A DNA stretch of 64,000 nt from positions 9,125 through 73,124 of the forward strand of contig JAKAPM010000002.1 in assembly GCA_021807085.1 (NCBI GenBank). Direction: 5' to 3'. Of this stretch, positions 26,127 through 34,202 are shown one piece after another. The position numbers and the translations under genes were made by a program. The stretch comes from Nanobdellota archaeon (GTDB lineage: Archaea > Nanobdellota > Nanobdellia > Parvarchaeales > Parvarchaeaceae). Under the pieces are notes generated by a model, which was not told the DNA's origin, did not search any database, and saw only the letters and a list, made by a program, of their open reading frames with translations. How positions within the stretch are numbered: position 1 is the first letter of the stretch; every line of letters starts with the position of its first letter.

Positions 26127-26603
26127 ATGGTAAAAAGAGCACAGTCGGCTTTGGAGTACATGATGACGTATGGTTGGGCCATACTAATCATAGTAATCGT
26201 AGCTGCTGTCCTGTACTCGATGGGCATATTCAACCCTTCGAGCAGCGTAACCACGTCGTCGAGCGGCTTCAGCCCGTTCACCGTCAGCGCGGCGCTTTGC
26301 AACAGCTCAGGTACATGGGTATCTTTCGTTGTAGGCGGTTATCCTAACGGTGCACAGAGCGCGACCAGCGTGACCCTGACCCTCACCGCGACAAGCGGCG
26401 CGAGCGGCAGCGGCACTGCAACTGCAATCGGATCGCCGACATACACGTCTGGCACAAGCTTCAAAATGACAGCTGCTGGCGTAACATGCGCGACAGCCGG
26501 AGGAAAGTTCTCCGAGAGTGGTTCGATAGGTTACTCGGTAACCACGACACTAGGTGCGCAGTCTTACACAACGACGGGTACGGTAGCAGGATCAGCTAGT
26601 TAA
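26127..26603 (+). CDS. type IV pilin (class III signal peptide), Ser/Thr/Gly-rich, candidate major pilin (158 aa)
   Basis: MVKRA|QSALEYMMTYGWAILIIVIVAAVLYSMGIF. TATA-like aagtatacttaaatag about 27 nt upstream (leaderless). Followed by an oligo-T terminator at 26610..26640. Confidence 0.8.
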   Translation: MVKRAQSALEYMMTYGWAILIIVIVAAVLYSMGIFNPSSSVTTSSSGFSPFTVSAALCNSSGTWVSFVVGGYPNGAQSATSVTLTLTATSGASGSGTATAIGSPTYTSGTSFKMTAAGVTCATAGGKFSESGSIGYSVTTTLGAQSYTTTGTVAGSAS

Positions 26604-26645
26604 ACGATTTTTGAATTTTTTATTTTTTTAAATTTTTTAAAAACT
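26604..26645 (+). terminator. oligo-T transcription terminator downstream of pilin gene
   Basis: ttttgaatttttttatttttttaaattttttaaaaa, followed by a short inverted repeat ggaaaggg...cccttcc. Confidence 0.6.
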
Positions 26646-27212
26646 GGAAAGGGAAAATCCAGCCCTTCCGTATTTTTCGTCCCCTAACTCCTTTTTCTGC
26701 TTTTTTCCAGGCAGTATCACTGACGGCCGAAGAAGAGCGCCACGCCGGAATAATAAGCTTGGTATCTAGAAGTGAACAGATTTTAAATATTATGGTAAAC
26801 AGAATATGCTGGTTTTGCGGGAGTGAGTTCGGCAGTGGCGCAAGCTACTCTCCTGTTTTTATCGTATTGTTTGGAATAATCATAACATTGGTTGTTCGTT
26901 CATTCCTATCCAATAGAAGGGGAAGAAGCGAAGAGTAAAGATAGCAAAAAAGGGGATTAACCTGCATTCCGTAGCGACACTATAGGTTTAAATATCCAGA
27001 TAAGTCTTAAGTAATAAATGAAAACGACAAGATTAGAGGCAGGCGGTCCGATGATATCCGCTTTGGTTCATAGGCTTAATTGAAGATAGCAAGCTGTTAC
27101 TCAGTTTTCTCGAAATGTTTTCAATCTATACTTTCAGTTCTTCTGTAAAGTACGCATTTTCCTGTCCTGTTCTTTCCGGGTTCCCGGAATACAAAACATT
27201 GGGAGGTAAAAA

Positions 27213-27310
27213 ATGGAAAAGGAAATGAAAGAAGGAAGGAAGTATAGCGGGCCCGAAGGCCTGGAGCGGATGCTGAAGAAGAAGGGAGGAGAGGTTCATA
27301 TCAGGAAATA
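27213..27310 (+). CDS. SD-led 32-codon ORF overlapping the GNAT reading frame (possible frameshifted 5' end of GNAT gene)
   Basis: gggaggt lies 7 nt upstream of the ATG (a strong Shine-Dalgarno, unusual in this window). MEKEMKEGRKYSGPEGLERMLKKKGGEVHIRK. The GNAT frame (+1) is open from 27277. Confidence 0.4.
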
Positions 27311-27930
27311 AAATTGATATAATAATAAGAAACTACGAAAACAGGGATTTTGACGGCGTATACGAACTGTACAGAAAGGCGTTTTCCGAGGAGCCGCTGA
27401 AAGAGTACAAGCGGTGCAAACTCTGCGGCGCTGACTACGGCTCAGAGCAGTTTGCGCCGAAGACATGCGGAAAATGCAAAAGTCCGCTAGAAATGGCGGA
27501 TAGCTGGAGCCGCAGAGATACTGCCAGTCTTATCGAGGATGTCGTTTCCAAGGTCTGGAAAATGGCGCTTGTGGCAGAGATAAACGGCGAGCTCGCGGGA
27601 TTCGTATGGGGATACAAAGCCAGCTGTAAACGCGGATCCCTCGAGAGTCTGGACACGCTGTTCATGGGCGATGTGCCAATAGTAACAGCTCCAGGCTTCA
27701 GGGACATCGGAATAGCGACGACCTTAGAGACCACTCTACTGTCGGAAGCCGCGAAAAACGGGATGGAATATGCATGGGTGTGTCCTTACGAGACATACAA
27801 ACCTGTTGTATCTCTGTATGAAAAGCGGGGATTTCGGATAGACAGAGGTGCCTGGACAGACGACAGGAAGGAAGGAATGTACCCTGTGAGGTTGCGCATG
27901 TTAAAACCGCTTAACATGTACGGCCCGTGA
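27277..27930 (+). CDS. GNAT-family N-acetyltransferase with inserted zinc-ribbon; no in-frame ATG/GTG/TTG before the GNAT N-terminal motif
   Basis: Frame open from 27277. IDIIIRNYENRDFDGVYELYRKAF (GNAT N-terminal beta-strand), CKLCGADYG...CGKCK insert, and a C-terminal GNAT core (first ATG only at 27493). Either frameshifted or a pseudogene. Confidence 0.55.
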   Translation, partial: RRREERFISGNKIDIIIRNYENRDFDGVYELYRKAFSEEPLKEYKRCKLCGADYGSEQFAPKTCGKCKSPLEMADSWSRRDTASLIEDVVSKVWKMALVAEINGELAGFVWGYKASCKRGSLESLDTLFMGDVPIVTAPGFRDIGIATTLETTLLSEAAKNGMEYAWVCPYETYKPVVSLYEKRGFRIDRGAWTDDRKEGMYPVRLRMLKPLNMYGP

Positions 27931-28682
27931 TTATGGAAACAGGTACGGGGGTGGGTAAAGCCACCCCTTCGAGAATAAACGGGCCCTTAGCGCCGACGAA
28001 GAAACCAGGCAGGATACTTCCATTATCCGACAACAAAGAAGTTAGAAAATTCCTTATTGCTGGCGGAAACTCAACCGCATTGGTGTATGGGTGCCCTGCT
28101 GCGTATAGGGGTGGAGCCGCAAAGAAGCTTTTGAAGGAAGTCGAACAGGTGGGTTTCGTTTCCGCGAGAGCGGGACTCCCAAAAATGACGATGATGGGCG
28201 GTGAACTCTGTATCAATGCAACACTAGCATTCGCCTCAACCTTGGACGAAGGAGGGAAACTTGCAGCAAGCGGTCTGAAAGACCTGGTCCGCTACTCAAA
28301 TAAAAACGAAACGGCTACGATCTGGGTCCCATTGGGATTCAAGAAATACGGAAATACCATCTTACTGGAGGGGATAGGATTCATACTCTATGATGTAAAG
28401 GAAAAATCTAAGATAGAAAAGCAGGAGCTTTTATCCTTATCAAAAAAGTATAGACTTCCTGCTTTTGGCGGGATTGTCTATGACGGGAATAGGATAACTC
28501 CCTACGTTTATGTGAAGAAGGTTGACTCTTTCGTTAAAGAAACCGCTTGCGGTTCCGGTAGCATCGCTTTTAGTATTTTCTCCGGGATCGGGAAGGTGAT
28601 CCAACCAACGGGAGAAAAACTCCGCATTAAGAGTAAGAAGAGGTTTTTCGAGGTCTCTGCAAAAGTTAGTGATTATGCATAG
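27927..28682 (+). CDS. DapF/PhzF-fold-like protein (251 aa), uncertain
   Basis: C-terminal TACGSGSIAF resembles the second-half Cys motif of diaminopimelate-epimerase-fold enzymes. Start overlaps the GNAT stop (ATGA). Confidence 0.35.
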   Translation: MIMETGTGVGKATPSRINGPLAPTKKPGRILPLSDNKEVRKFLIAGGNSTALVYGCPAAYRGGAAKKLLKEVEQVGFVSARAGLPKMTMMGGELCINATLAFASTLDEGGKLAASGLKDLVRYSNKNETATIWVPLGFKKYGNTILLEGIGFILYDVKEKSKIEKQELLSLSKKYRLPAFGGIVYDGNRITPYVYVKKVDSFVKETACGSGSIAFSIFSGIGKVIQPTGEKLRIKSKKRFFEVSAKVSDYA

Positions 28683-28984
28683 AGATTATACGTCATCCCA
28701 AATTTTAGAGTTTAATGCCTGTTCTTGGCCAGAAAAGCCATGACAGAATCGTCCTCGTACACTATCCTGGCTTCTGCTGAGTGTGCGGTTATCTTGCAAA
28801 AAATACAATCCATGTAATTGGTTTACAATTCGCGTATTTAAAATTTAAAAAACCGACAAACAATTTCATTAATGCAGATTTAGTTCGTGGAAAATGTCGG
28901 TGTTACTGGGATAAATTACAATATGGCAAGTCGGCAACGGTTTACTGTTTGTCACAGATAACAGCCTGATAGAAGTTAAGCTGC

Positions 28985-29833
28985 TTATCTCCGGAACCCT
29001 TTCGCAGCTCCAAGTGTGTACGCGTTCACCTTGTCCATGTTCAATACTGTATTGTCAGCAGCATCGATAAGGCCGTCTCTCAGTCTACCCTGCGCATCTA
29101 TGGAAAAAGCATCCGTGGACAGAAGTCTCCTTATCTTGGTCACCGCATCGCCGACGTTATCGCCGGATAGTCCGCCAGCAAAGCATATGTTTCCCCCGAA
29201 ACCGCTGCTTTTCAGTTCGTTATATATAATCCCAAGTTCCTCTATCTTCAAAGAGACTCCTCTCCCTCCTGATGGGTCCAGTATTACGTAATCTGAGCCG
29301 CTGTAATCTCTCATAATCCTATCAGCTGTCTGGTACGGTCGCAGGTTCTGCATGGCCTTCCTTGTCGCAGACAGTATTATCATCAGACTGGGATAATTCT
29401 CCTTTAGTTTACGGATGGAATCTTTCGGCGGCCAGGTTACATTGAGCTGTACACCAAGCCCGGGATTGTCCTTGTATATATTGTCTTTTTCGAGGACTGA
29501 CGATAGCTCGTAATAAAGGTTTCCGACGTCTTTCGTATTGTAGTGTATGGTATTGAAGGCTTTTCCACGCGATGTTTCAATCAAGTCTGCGAGGTCTCTT
29601 AACGGCGGATATCTCTTGTCTCCCGGGTTGTACCCAAATTCCAGGGTTTTGTAGGAGACCAAGTAACCAATCATTGGAATATGAGTCGTATTCATATCTA
29701 TGCCCGACCTTTCGAATGCCTTTAGGCAGCCCACGACCTCGTGCTTAGACGTTGCACCGGTTATGCCTATATAGTTTTTACCGGCTGCAGTTCGGTCGTG
29801 ATAGTCCAGCTTTGCTTCTAGTTTTTCTGACAT
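28985..29833 (-). CDS. hypothetical protein (282 aa), possibly TIM-barrel-like
   Basis: C-terminal FAGGLSGDNVGDAV resembles a phosphate-binding loop of TIM-barrel enzymes. GC is somewhat lower than the core genes. Confidence 0.45.
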   Translation of the reverse strand: MSEKLEAKLDYHDRTAAGKNYIGITGATSKHEVVGCLKAFERSGIDMNTTHIPMIGYLVSYKTLEFGYNPGDKRYPPLRDLADLIETSRGKAFNTIHYNTKDVGNLYYELSSVLEKDNIYKDNPGLGVQLNVTWPPKDSIRKLKENYPSLMIILSATRKAMQNLRPYQTADRIMRDYSGSDYVILDPSGGRGVSLKIEELGIIYNELKSSGFGGNICFAGGLSGDNVGDAVTKIRRLLSTDAFSIDAQGRLRDGLIDAADNTVLNMDKVNAYTLGAAKGFRR

Positions 29834-30086
29834 ACCCTAATAAGATTAAATTCTGTATAAATAGATTAACGAAAGAGAGATATTGTATATCATTCATGCG
29901 GCTTTCTTCAGTATTTTCGACACATAATCTATGTCAGTAAAAACTAAAACCTACCGATTTATTTATTGCAAGTTGCCCACATCATCCAGGCTGTAGAATA
30001 TCTTTCCATTGGGCTTTATTCTCTTGAACTCTTCCAGTTCTTTGCCCCGACCGGGTGCCGACATTTCTGTCATATTAGAATGATAT

Positions 30087-31070
30087 TTAATGTTTGTTGT
30101 TATATTTAAATCCATGCAATAGAATTCTTACTACCATAATTTCAGATGTGTCATATATTGTTTCTATTAAGAGTTCTCCCGATTCTTTATTTTTTTCTAC
30201 CCATTCTTTTATGGTTTTTACGTTTGTGGGATTTATGCCATGGATGAAAAAGCCTGGAAATTCATAGGTATAAGAACTAATAATTTTTTGCTTTACCTCA
30301 TCTTCTAAATCATCTATTGACATGTTGCTATTAACAAAAATTGCTAACACAGCATTTTTTATAACTAATTCATATATTGAATCAGCTTTCTTGCGTTCTG
30401 TATAAGAATAGAGTGGATAAATAAATTTTTCAAAATAATCTGCATTACATAAGTTAGCTATATTATTACCACGCATACCAAATCTTTGACTTATTTGTTG
30501 TTTTAGATGCACAATATTTTTTCCCTTTTTACTTTGAGATCTTAAAAATAAAGAGTTTGCTAAGGCATCCAGATCATATTCGGGAATTTTATCTTTGAAA
30601 TACTCTAATAATGCATCATCCGCTCTTTTATTTTGTGAGGAGTTATAACTAGCAAGTTCATCAAATATCTCTAAATCCTCGGCTCTAAAGATTGCTTTAT
30701 CACGTTCGGTTTTACGTTCGATTAATATCTTAGATAACTCTTCTTTTTCTGAATCTGTTAATTTGTCCGCATTTATAATCAGTTGTCTTTTACCTTCTAA
30801 ATAAAGCACTTTTTCACTGTTTTCATTAGATGTTGTTACCCCTACTTGCTCTACAATTTCTTCTTTTTGCTCCGTTTTTTGTGAGGGGGTATTATAGAAG
30901 ATATTCACTGTACCAACATCATGTATGTTTATTGATTTTTTGCCAGAACTAACATTGTTATTGCTCCCACTAATAGTTTTAACATCTACACTATCATTAT
31001 TTGTTTCGTGTTCGCCACCAAGTATCTTTTTTACAAATTCTAATGCAAGAATAAGATAGTGGTGTACCAT
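30087..31070 (-). CDS. hypothetical protein of integrated element (327 aa)
   Basis: AT-rich ORF (Asn/Lys/Ile-rich) with no motif recognised. Confidence 0.5.
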   Translation of the reverse strand: MVHHYLILALEFVKKILGGEHETNNDSVDVKTISGSNNNVSSGKKSINIHDVGTVNIFYNTPSQKTEQKEEIVEQVGVTTSNENSEKVLYLEGKRQLIINADKLTDSEKEELSKILIERKTERDKAIFRAEDLEIFDELASYNSSQNKRADDALLEYFKDKIPEYDLDALANSLFLRSQSKKGKNIVHLKQQISQRFGMRGNNIANLCNADYFEKFIYPLYSYTERKKADSIYELVIKNAVLAIFVNSNMSIDDLEDEVKQKIISSYTYEFPGFFIHGINPTNVKTIKEWVEKNKESGELLIETIYDTSEIMVVRILLHGFKYNNKH

Positions 31071-31076
31071 ACCACA

Positions 31077-31436
31077 TCAATTTCTTTTGAACAGTCTACG
31101 TATAGAATCTACATTGTCTTCTATAAAAATATCAGAGCCATTTTTTATACCACCAAAGTTTTTCTTCAATATATTATTACCTTCAAAGGTAATGACTTTT
31201 TCTTTATTCTTTTTATTAATTATATACCCTTCTTTATCTGTTTCATAGCCAAAGGTGTCCAAAACAAAGTCAATAGCCGAACTATCAAATGTTATGTCTA
31301 GGTTTTCATCAACATTCTTATAAGTGTTAAGTTCTGTTTGCATATTATTATTATTACTATTATGTATAAATATTCGATTAATGACACCTTCTGCCTTATA
31401 AAGCTTACTAACTATCGAGTTAGAGAGGATCTTCAT
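31077..31436 (-). CDS. hypothetical protein of integrated element (119 aa)
   Basis: AT-rich ORF. Stop overlaps the integrase start region. Confidence 0.45.
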   Translation of the reverse strand: MKILSNSIVSKLYKAEGVINRIFIHNSNNNNMQTELNTYKNVDENLDITFDSSAIDFVLDTFGYETDKEGYIINKKNKEKVITFEGNNILKKNFGGIKNGSDIFIEDNVDSIRRLFKRN

Positions 31437-32389
31437 AAAGCCCCCTCTCTAAGCTTCTTATTCAGCTCCAAAACCGCCGGCAGGATGTCACGCCCAGATA
31501 AATGCACGTAAATCTTGGGCATCCCGCTTCCTTGAATCCACCCTAGGTACACGCACATCTGTGATTCTGTCAGATATTGCGCCAAAAACGTAGCCCTCGA
31601 ATGCCTGAAAAGATATGAATAAACCCTCTTGTCGAAATTCAATTTAAGGGCAAGGTTCTTTATTAGAGAGTTGAGCCAATATACGCTCACAGGGAACAGC
31701 TTGTCCGCCGGCTTGATCGGATTTGCTTCTAGGTACTGCTCCAGATAATAATCGCTTCTTGTCGTCAATATCACCGGAATCTGCCTCGAACCCGTCTTAG
31801 TGTTCTCCGGCACATAGACGAAAAGCCCGTTCTCGTTCTTTTGCACGTCCTGCCTATTTAATGACAATAATTCGTGCGGACGGCAGCCCGTATCGTAAAG
31901 AAGACTTAATACGGCTTTATCTAAAGGTTTTTTAGCGGCGTCTATAATCCGTTTTATCTCGTCCAAAGACAGCGTTTCGTGTGGCAGCATACGTTTCTCT
32001 TTTGTTTGGAATCGGTAACGGGACAGTTTTAAGTCCGGATCCAGCCACAGGGCGAACTTTCTGAACCTGCTTAGGTAATGTTTTTTTGTCTCGAAGACGA
32101 AGTCGCTGGAGCGTATATACTCGAAAAACCTGTCCACGTCCTCGGCTGTGACGAGGCTTATGTCCGGTTTTACCGCTTTTTGGAACCGGTTAAGGACGAC
32201 GACATACCACTCCTTAGTCCTTTCATTGAAGCCCTCTCTGTCCAATTCCTTCAAAAACCGGCTGATTATCTCGTTTTCCACGTCAAAGCACTCCGGTTCT
32301 CGTGCCCATCCCCGACAATTCACCATTAAGGCCAGACGCAGCCGGCTCTGAGCCGGCGCTGCAATCGTCGCTGTCTTCGTGTTCCCCAT
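31433..32389 (-). CDS. int: tyrosine recombinase / phage-type integrase (XerC/D-like)
   Basis: 318 aa. The C-terminal catalytic region has GCRPHELLSL, HSRATFLAQ (H-x-x-R) and the YLGW...YVHL tyrosine region. Lies about 450 nt from the tRNA-Glu 3' end. Confidence 0.8.
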   Translation of the reverse strand: MGNTKTATIAAPAQSRLRLALMVNCRGWAREPECFDVENEIISRFLKELDREGFNERTKEWYVVVLNRFQKAVKPDISLVTAEDVDRFFEYIRSSDFVFETKKHYLSRFRKFALWLDPDLKLSRYRFQTKEKRMLPHETLSLDEIKRIIDAAKKPLDKAVLSLLYDTGCRPHELLSLNRQDVQKNENGLFVYVPENTKTGSRQIPVILTTRSDYYLEQYLEANPIKPADKLFPVSVYWLNSLIKNLALKLNFDKRVYSYLFRHSRATFLAQYLTESQMCVYLGWIQGSGMPKIYVHLSGRDILPAVLELNKKLREGAL

Positions 32390-32499
32390 AATTTAAGCTT
32401 TCTCCGGCTGCTCTCGTATCTCTTCCACGGTCACCCTGACGACCTTGCCGGCTAGAGAGTTTGAAAGGATTAAAATTAAACGAGGGATTATAATAATTA

Positions 32500-32655
32500 A
32501 TGGATTGGGAATGCATAGCAGGGATAATTGCGTTTATTGTTCTTGGAAGTGTAATTGGATTAGTAGGAGAGCAGGTCTCAAATGTAGCAGTCCTGATTAT
32601 TGGCGCAGTTATCATAGTTGTACCATCCGGCTTAATTGCTTATTTCTGTCGATAA
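32500..32655 (+). CDS. small membrane protein (51 aa) within element
   Basis: MDWECIAGIIAFIVLGSVIGLVGEQVSNVAVLIIGAVIIVVPSGLIAYFCR; two hydrophobic segments. Speculative. Confidence 0.3.
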   Translation: MDWECIAGIIAFIVLGSVIGLVGEQVSNVAVLIIGAVIIVVPSGLIAYFCR

Positions 32656-32838
32656 TTGAAGGCAGCCAAAACGCCTCAGAATTAATAAGAAAACCGGTAA
32701 TTAACAATGTAAGAGTAATTTCTTGGGATTTTGAAAGTAAAATCAAAGAAAACCAAAAATAGCTAGTCGCAATAAGTATAAAACTAGTAATTCTTAAGAG
32801 AGTTAGTCTCTCTCGCTTCTTTCCCCGTTTTCTCTCGA

Positions 32839-32930
32839 TGCCCCGACCGGGATTTGAACCCGGGTTTCTGCCTGTCCTCCCAAAAGGTCGAAAGGGCAAT
32901 GTCCTTGGCCGCTAGACTATCGGGGCACCA
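32839..32930 (-). tRNA. tRNA-Glu (anticodon UUC) with a ~15-nt intron at canonical position 37/38
   Basis: Acceptor GCCCCGA/TCGGGGC, D-arm GTCT-AGCGGCCAA-GGAC, anticodon stem TTGCC/GGCAG with loop CTTTCG|A interrupted by ACCTTTTGGGAGGAC, T-arm CCGGG-TTCAAAT-CCCGG. The loop CUUUCGA is the characteristic archaeal tRNA-Glu loop. Confidence 0.75.
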
Positions 32931-33011
32931 AACACATATACTTCACTTTATATTTTATATAAGCTACGCAGAATTTAAAAAGGATTTAAGCGGCGCTTAT
33001 TATAGGATAGT

Positions 33012-34202
33012 ATGCCCAACGTAACCTTCTACTTTGAGGTGCACCAGCCGTACAGGCTGAGGAGAGTGTTCTCCTTCGACAAGAACCAGAATTTCATCGA
33101 CACGGACAGGAACAGGGCAGTATTCGGCAAGGTGGCCGACAAATGCTACATACCGATGACGAAGATGCTTGTGGACCTAAACAAGGAATACCCAGAGCTG
33201 AAGACGAGCTTCTCGTTCACGGGCATATTCTTCGAGCAGGCAGAGGAATTCAGGCCGGATGTTATCAACGTTTTCCAGGAGCTGTTCGACACGGGCTCTA
33301 TGGAGATACTGGACGAAACCTACTACCATTCGCTCGCCTACCTGATAGACAGGGACGAATTCGAGGACCAGGTGAAGCTGCACAGAGAGGCGATACACCG
33401 ATACTTCAAGTTCAAACCGACGGTCTTCAGGAACACGGAGGCCATGTATTCCAACGACATAGCCTCCCTGGCCGCTAAGATGGGTTACAAGGCGATAGTC
33501 GCGGAGGGATGGGAGAAGAGCCTCGGATGGAGGTCGCCTAACTACGTTTATACGGATCCCGGCAGGAAAATAAATTTACTCCTGAGAAACTACAAGCTGA
33601 GCGACGACATATCGTTCAGGTTCTCGTCCCATGGATGGAAAGAGTACCCTCTGACGTCGGAAAAGTACGCGGGTTGGCTCGCCGACAACGAAGGGGACAC
33701 AGTCAACCTATTCATGGACTACGAGACCTTCGGCGAGCACCAATGGAAGGATACCGGGATATTTGACTTCTTTAGGGCTCTTCCGGGAGACATGATAAAA
33801 AAGGGTATTGGGTTCAACAAGGTGTCCGACACGGCAGCCGTAAAGCCTGTCGGTATAGTGGATGTACCGGACATAATGTCGTGGGCAGACGTGGACAGGG
33901 ACCTCACGGCATGGCTCGGCAACAGGATGCAGAATGCTGCGTTCGAGAAGCTGAAAGGCATGAGGAAGGACGTGCTGCAGACGGAAGACAAGGACATAAT
34001 AAGCGAGTGGAGGGTTCTGCAGACTTCTGACAACTTCTATTACATGTGCACGAAGTGGTTCGCGGACGGGGATGTGCACAAGTATTTCAACGCGTACGAT
34101 TCTCCGTACGTGGCGTACATAAACTACATGAACATAATATCCGACCTGGACAGAAGGGTCAAATCCGCTTTAGAGCTGCGTCGTAAGCCTGCAGATATAT
34201 AG
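33012..34202 (+). CDS. glycoside hydrolase family 57 protein (alpha-amylase/4-alpha-glucanotransferase/branching-enzyme family)
   Basis: 396 aa. N-terminal FYFEVHQPYR motif typical of GH57, and the overall length. Confidence 0.7.
   Translation: MPNVTFYFEVHQPYRLRRVFSFDKNQNFIDTDRNRAVFGKVADKCYIPMTKMLVDLNKEYPELKTSFSFTGIFFEQAEEFRPDVINVFQELFDTGSMEILDETYYHSLAYLIDRDEFEDQVKLHREAIHRYFKFKPTVFRNTEAMYSNDIASLAAKMGYKAIVAEGWEKSLGWRSPNYVYTDPGRKINLLLRNYKLSDDISFRFSSHGWKEYPLTSEKYAGWLADNEGDTVNLFMDYETFGEHQWKDTGIFDFFRALPGDMIKKGIGFNKVSDTAAVKPVGIVDVPDIMSWADVDRDLTAWLGNRMQNAAFEKLKGMRKDVLQTEDKDIISEWRVLQTSDNFYYMCTKWFADGDVHKYFNAYDSPYVAYINYMNIISDLDRRVKSALELRRKPADI

Larger units (their letters stand above)
30043..32851. 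mobile_element. small integrated element (~2.8 kb) at the 3' end of tRNA-Glu, bounded by a 13-bp direct repeat TGCCCCGACCGGG (30043..30055 and 32839..32851)
   Basis: The repeat equals the last 13 nt of the tRNA gene. The interval is markedly AT-rich. It contains an intact tyrosine recombinase and three small/unknown ORFs. Confidence 0.6.

Noticed and set aside
29940-30050. 36-codon minus-strand ORF (MTEMSAPGRGKELEEF...) at the left element boundary
   Set aside because: It overlaps the 13-bp att repeat derived from the tRNA 3' end, is AT-rich and has no supporting features. It is probably fortuitous.
34159-34202. 44-nt overlap of convergent GH57 and glycogen synthase ORFs, considered as a possible mis-called stop
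   Set aside because: Both C-termini read through plausible sequence to their stops. A convergent 3' overlap of this size is common in compact archaeal genomes, and there is no evidence of a frameshift.
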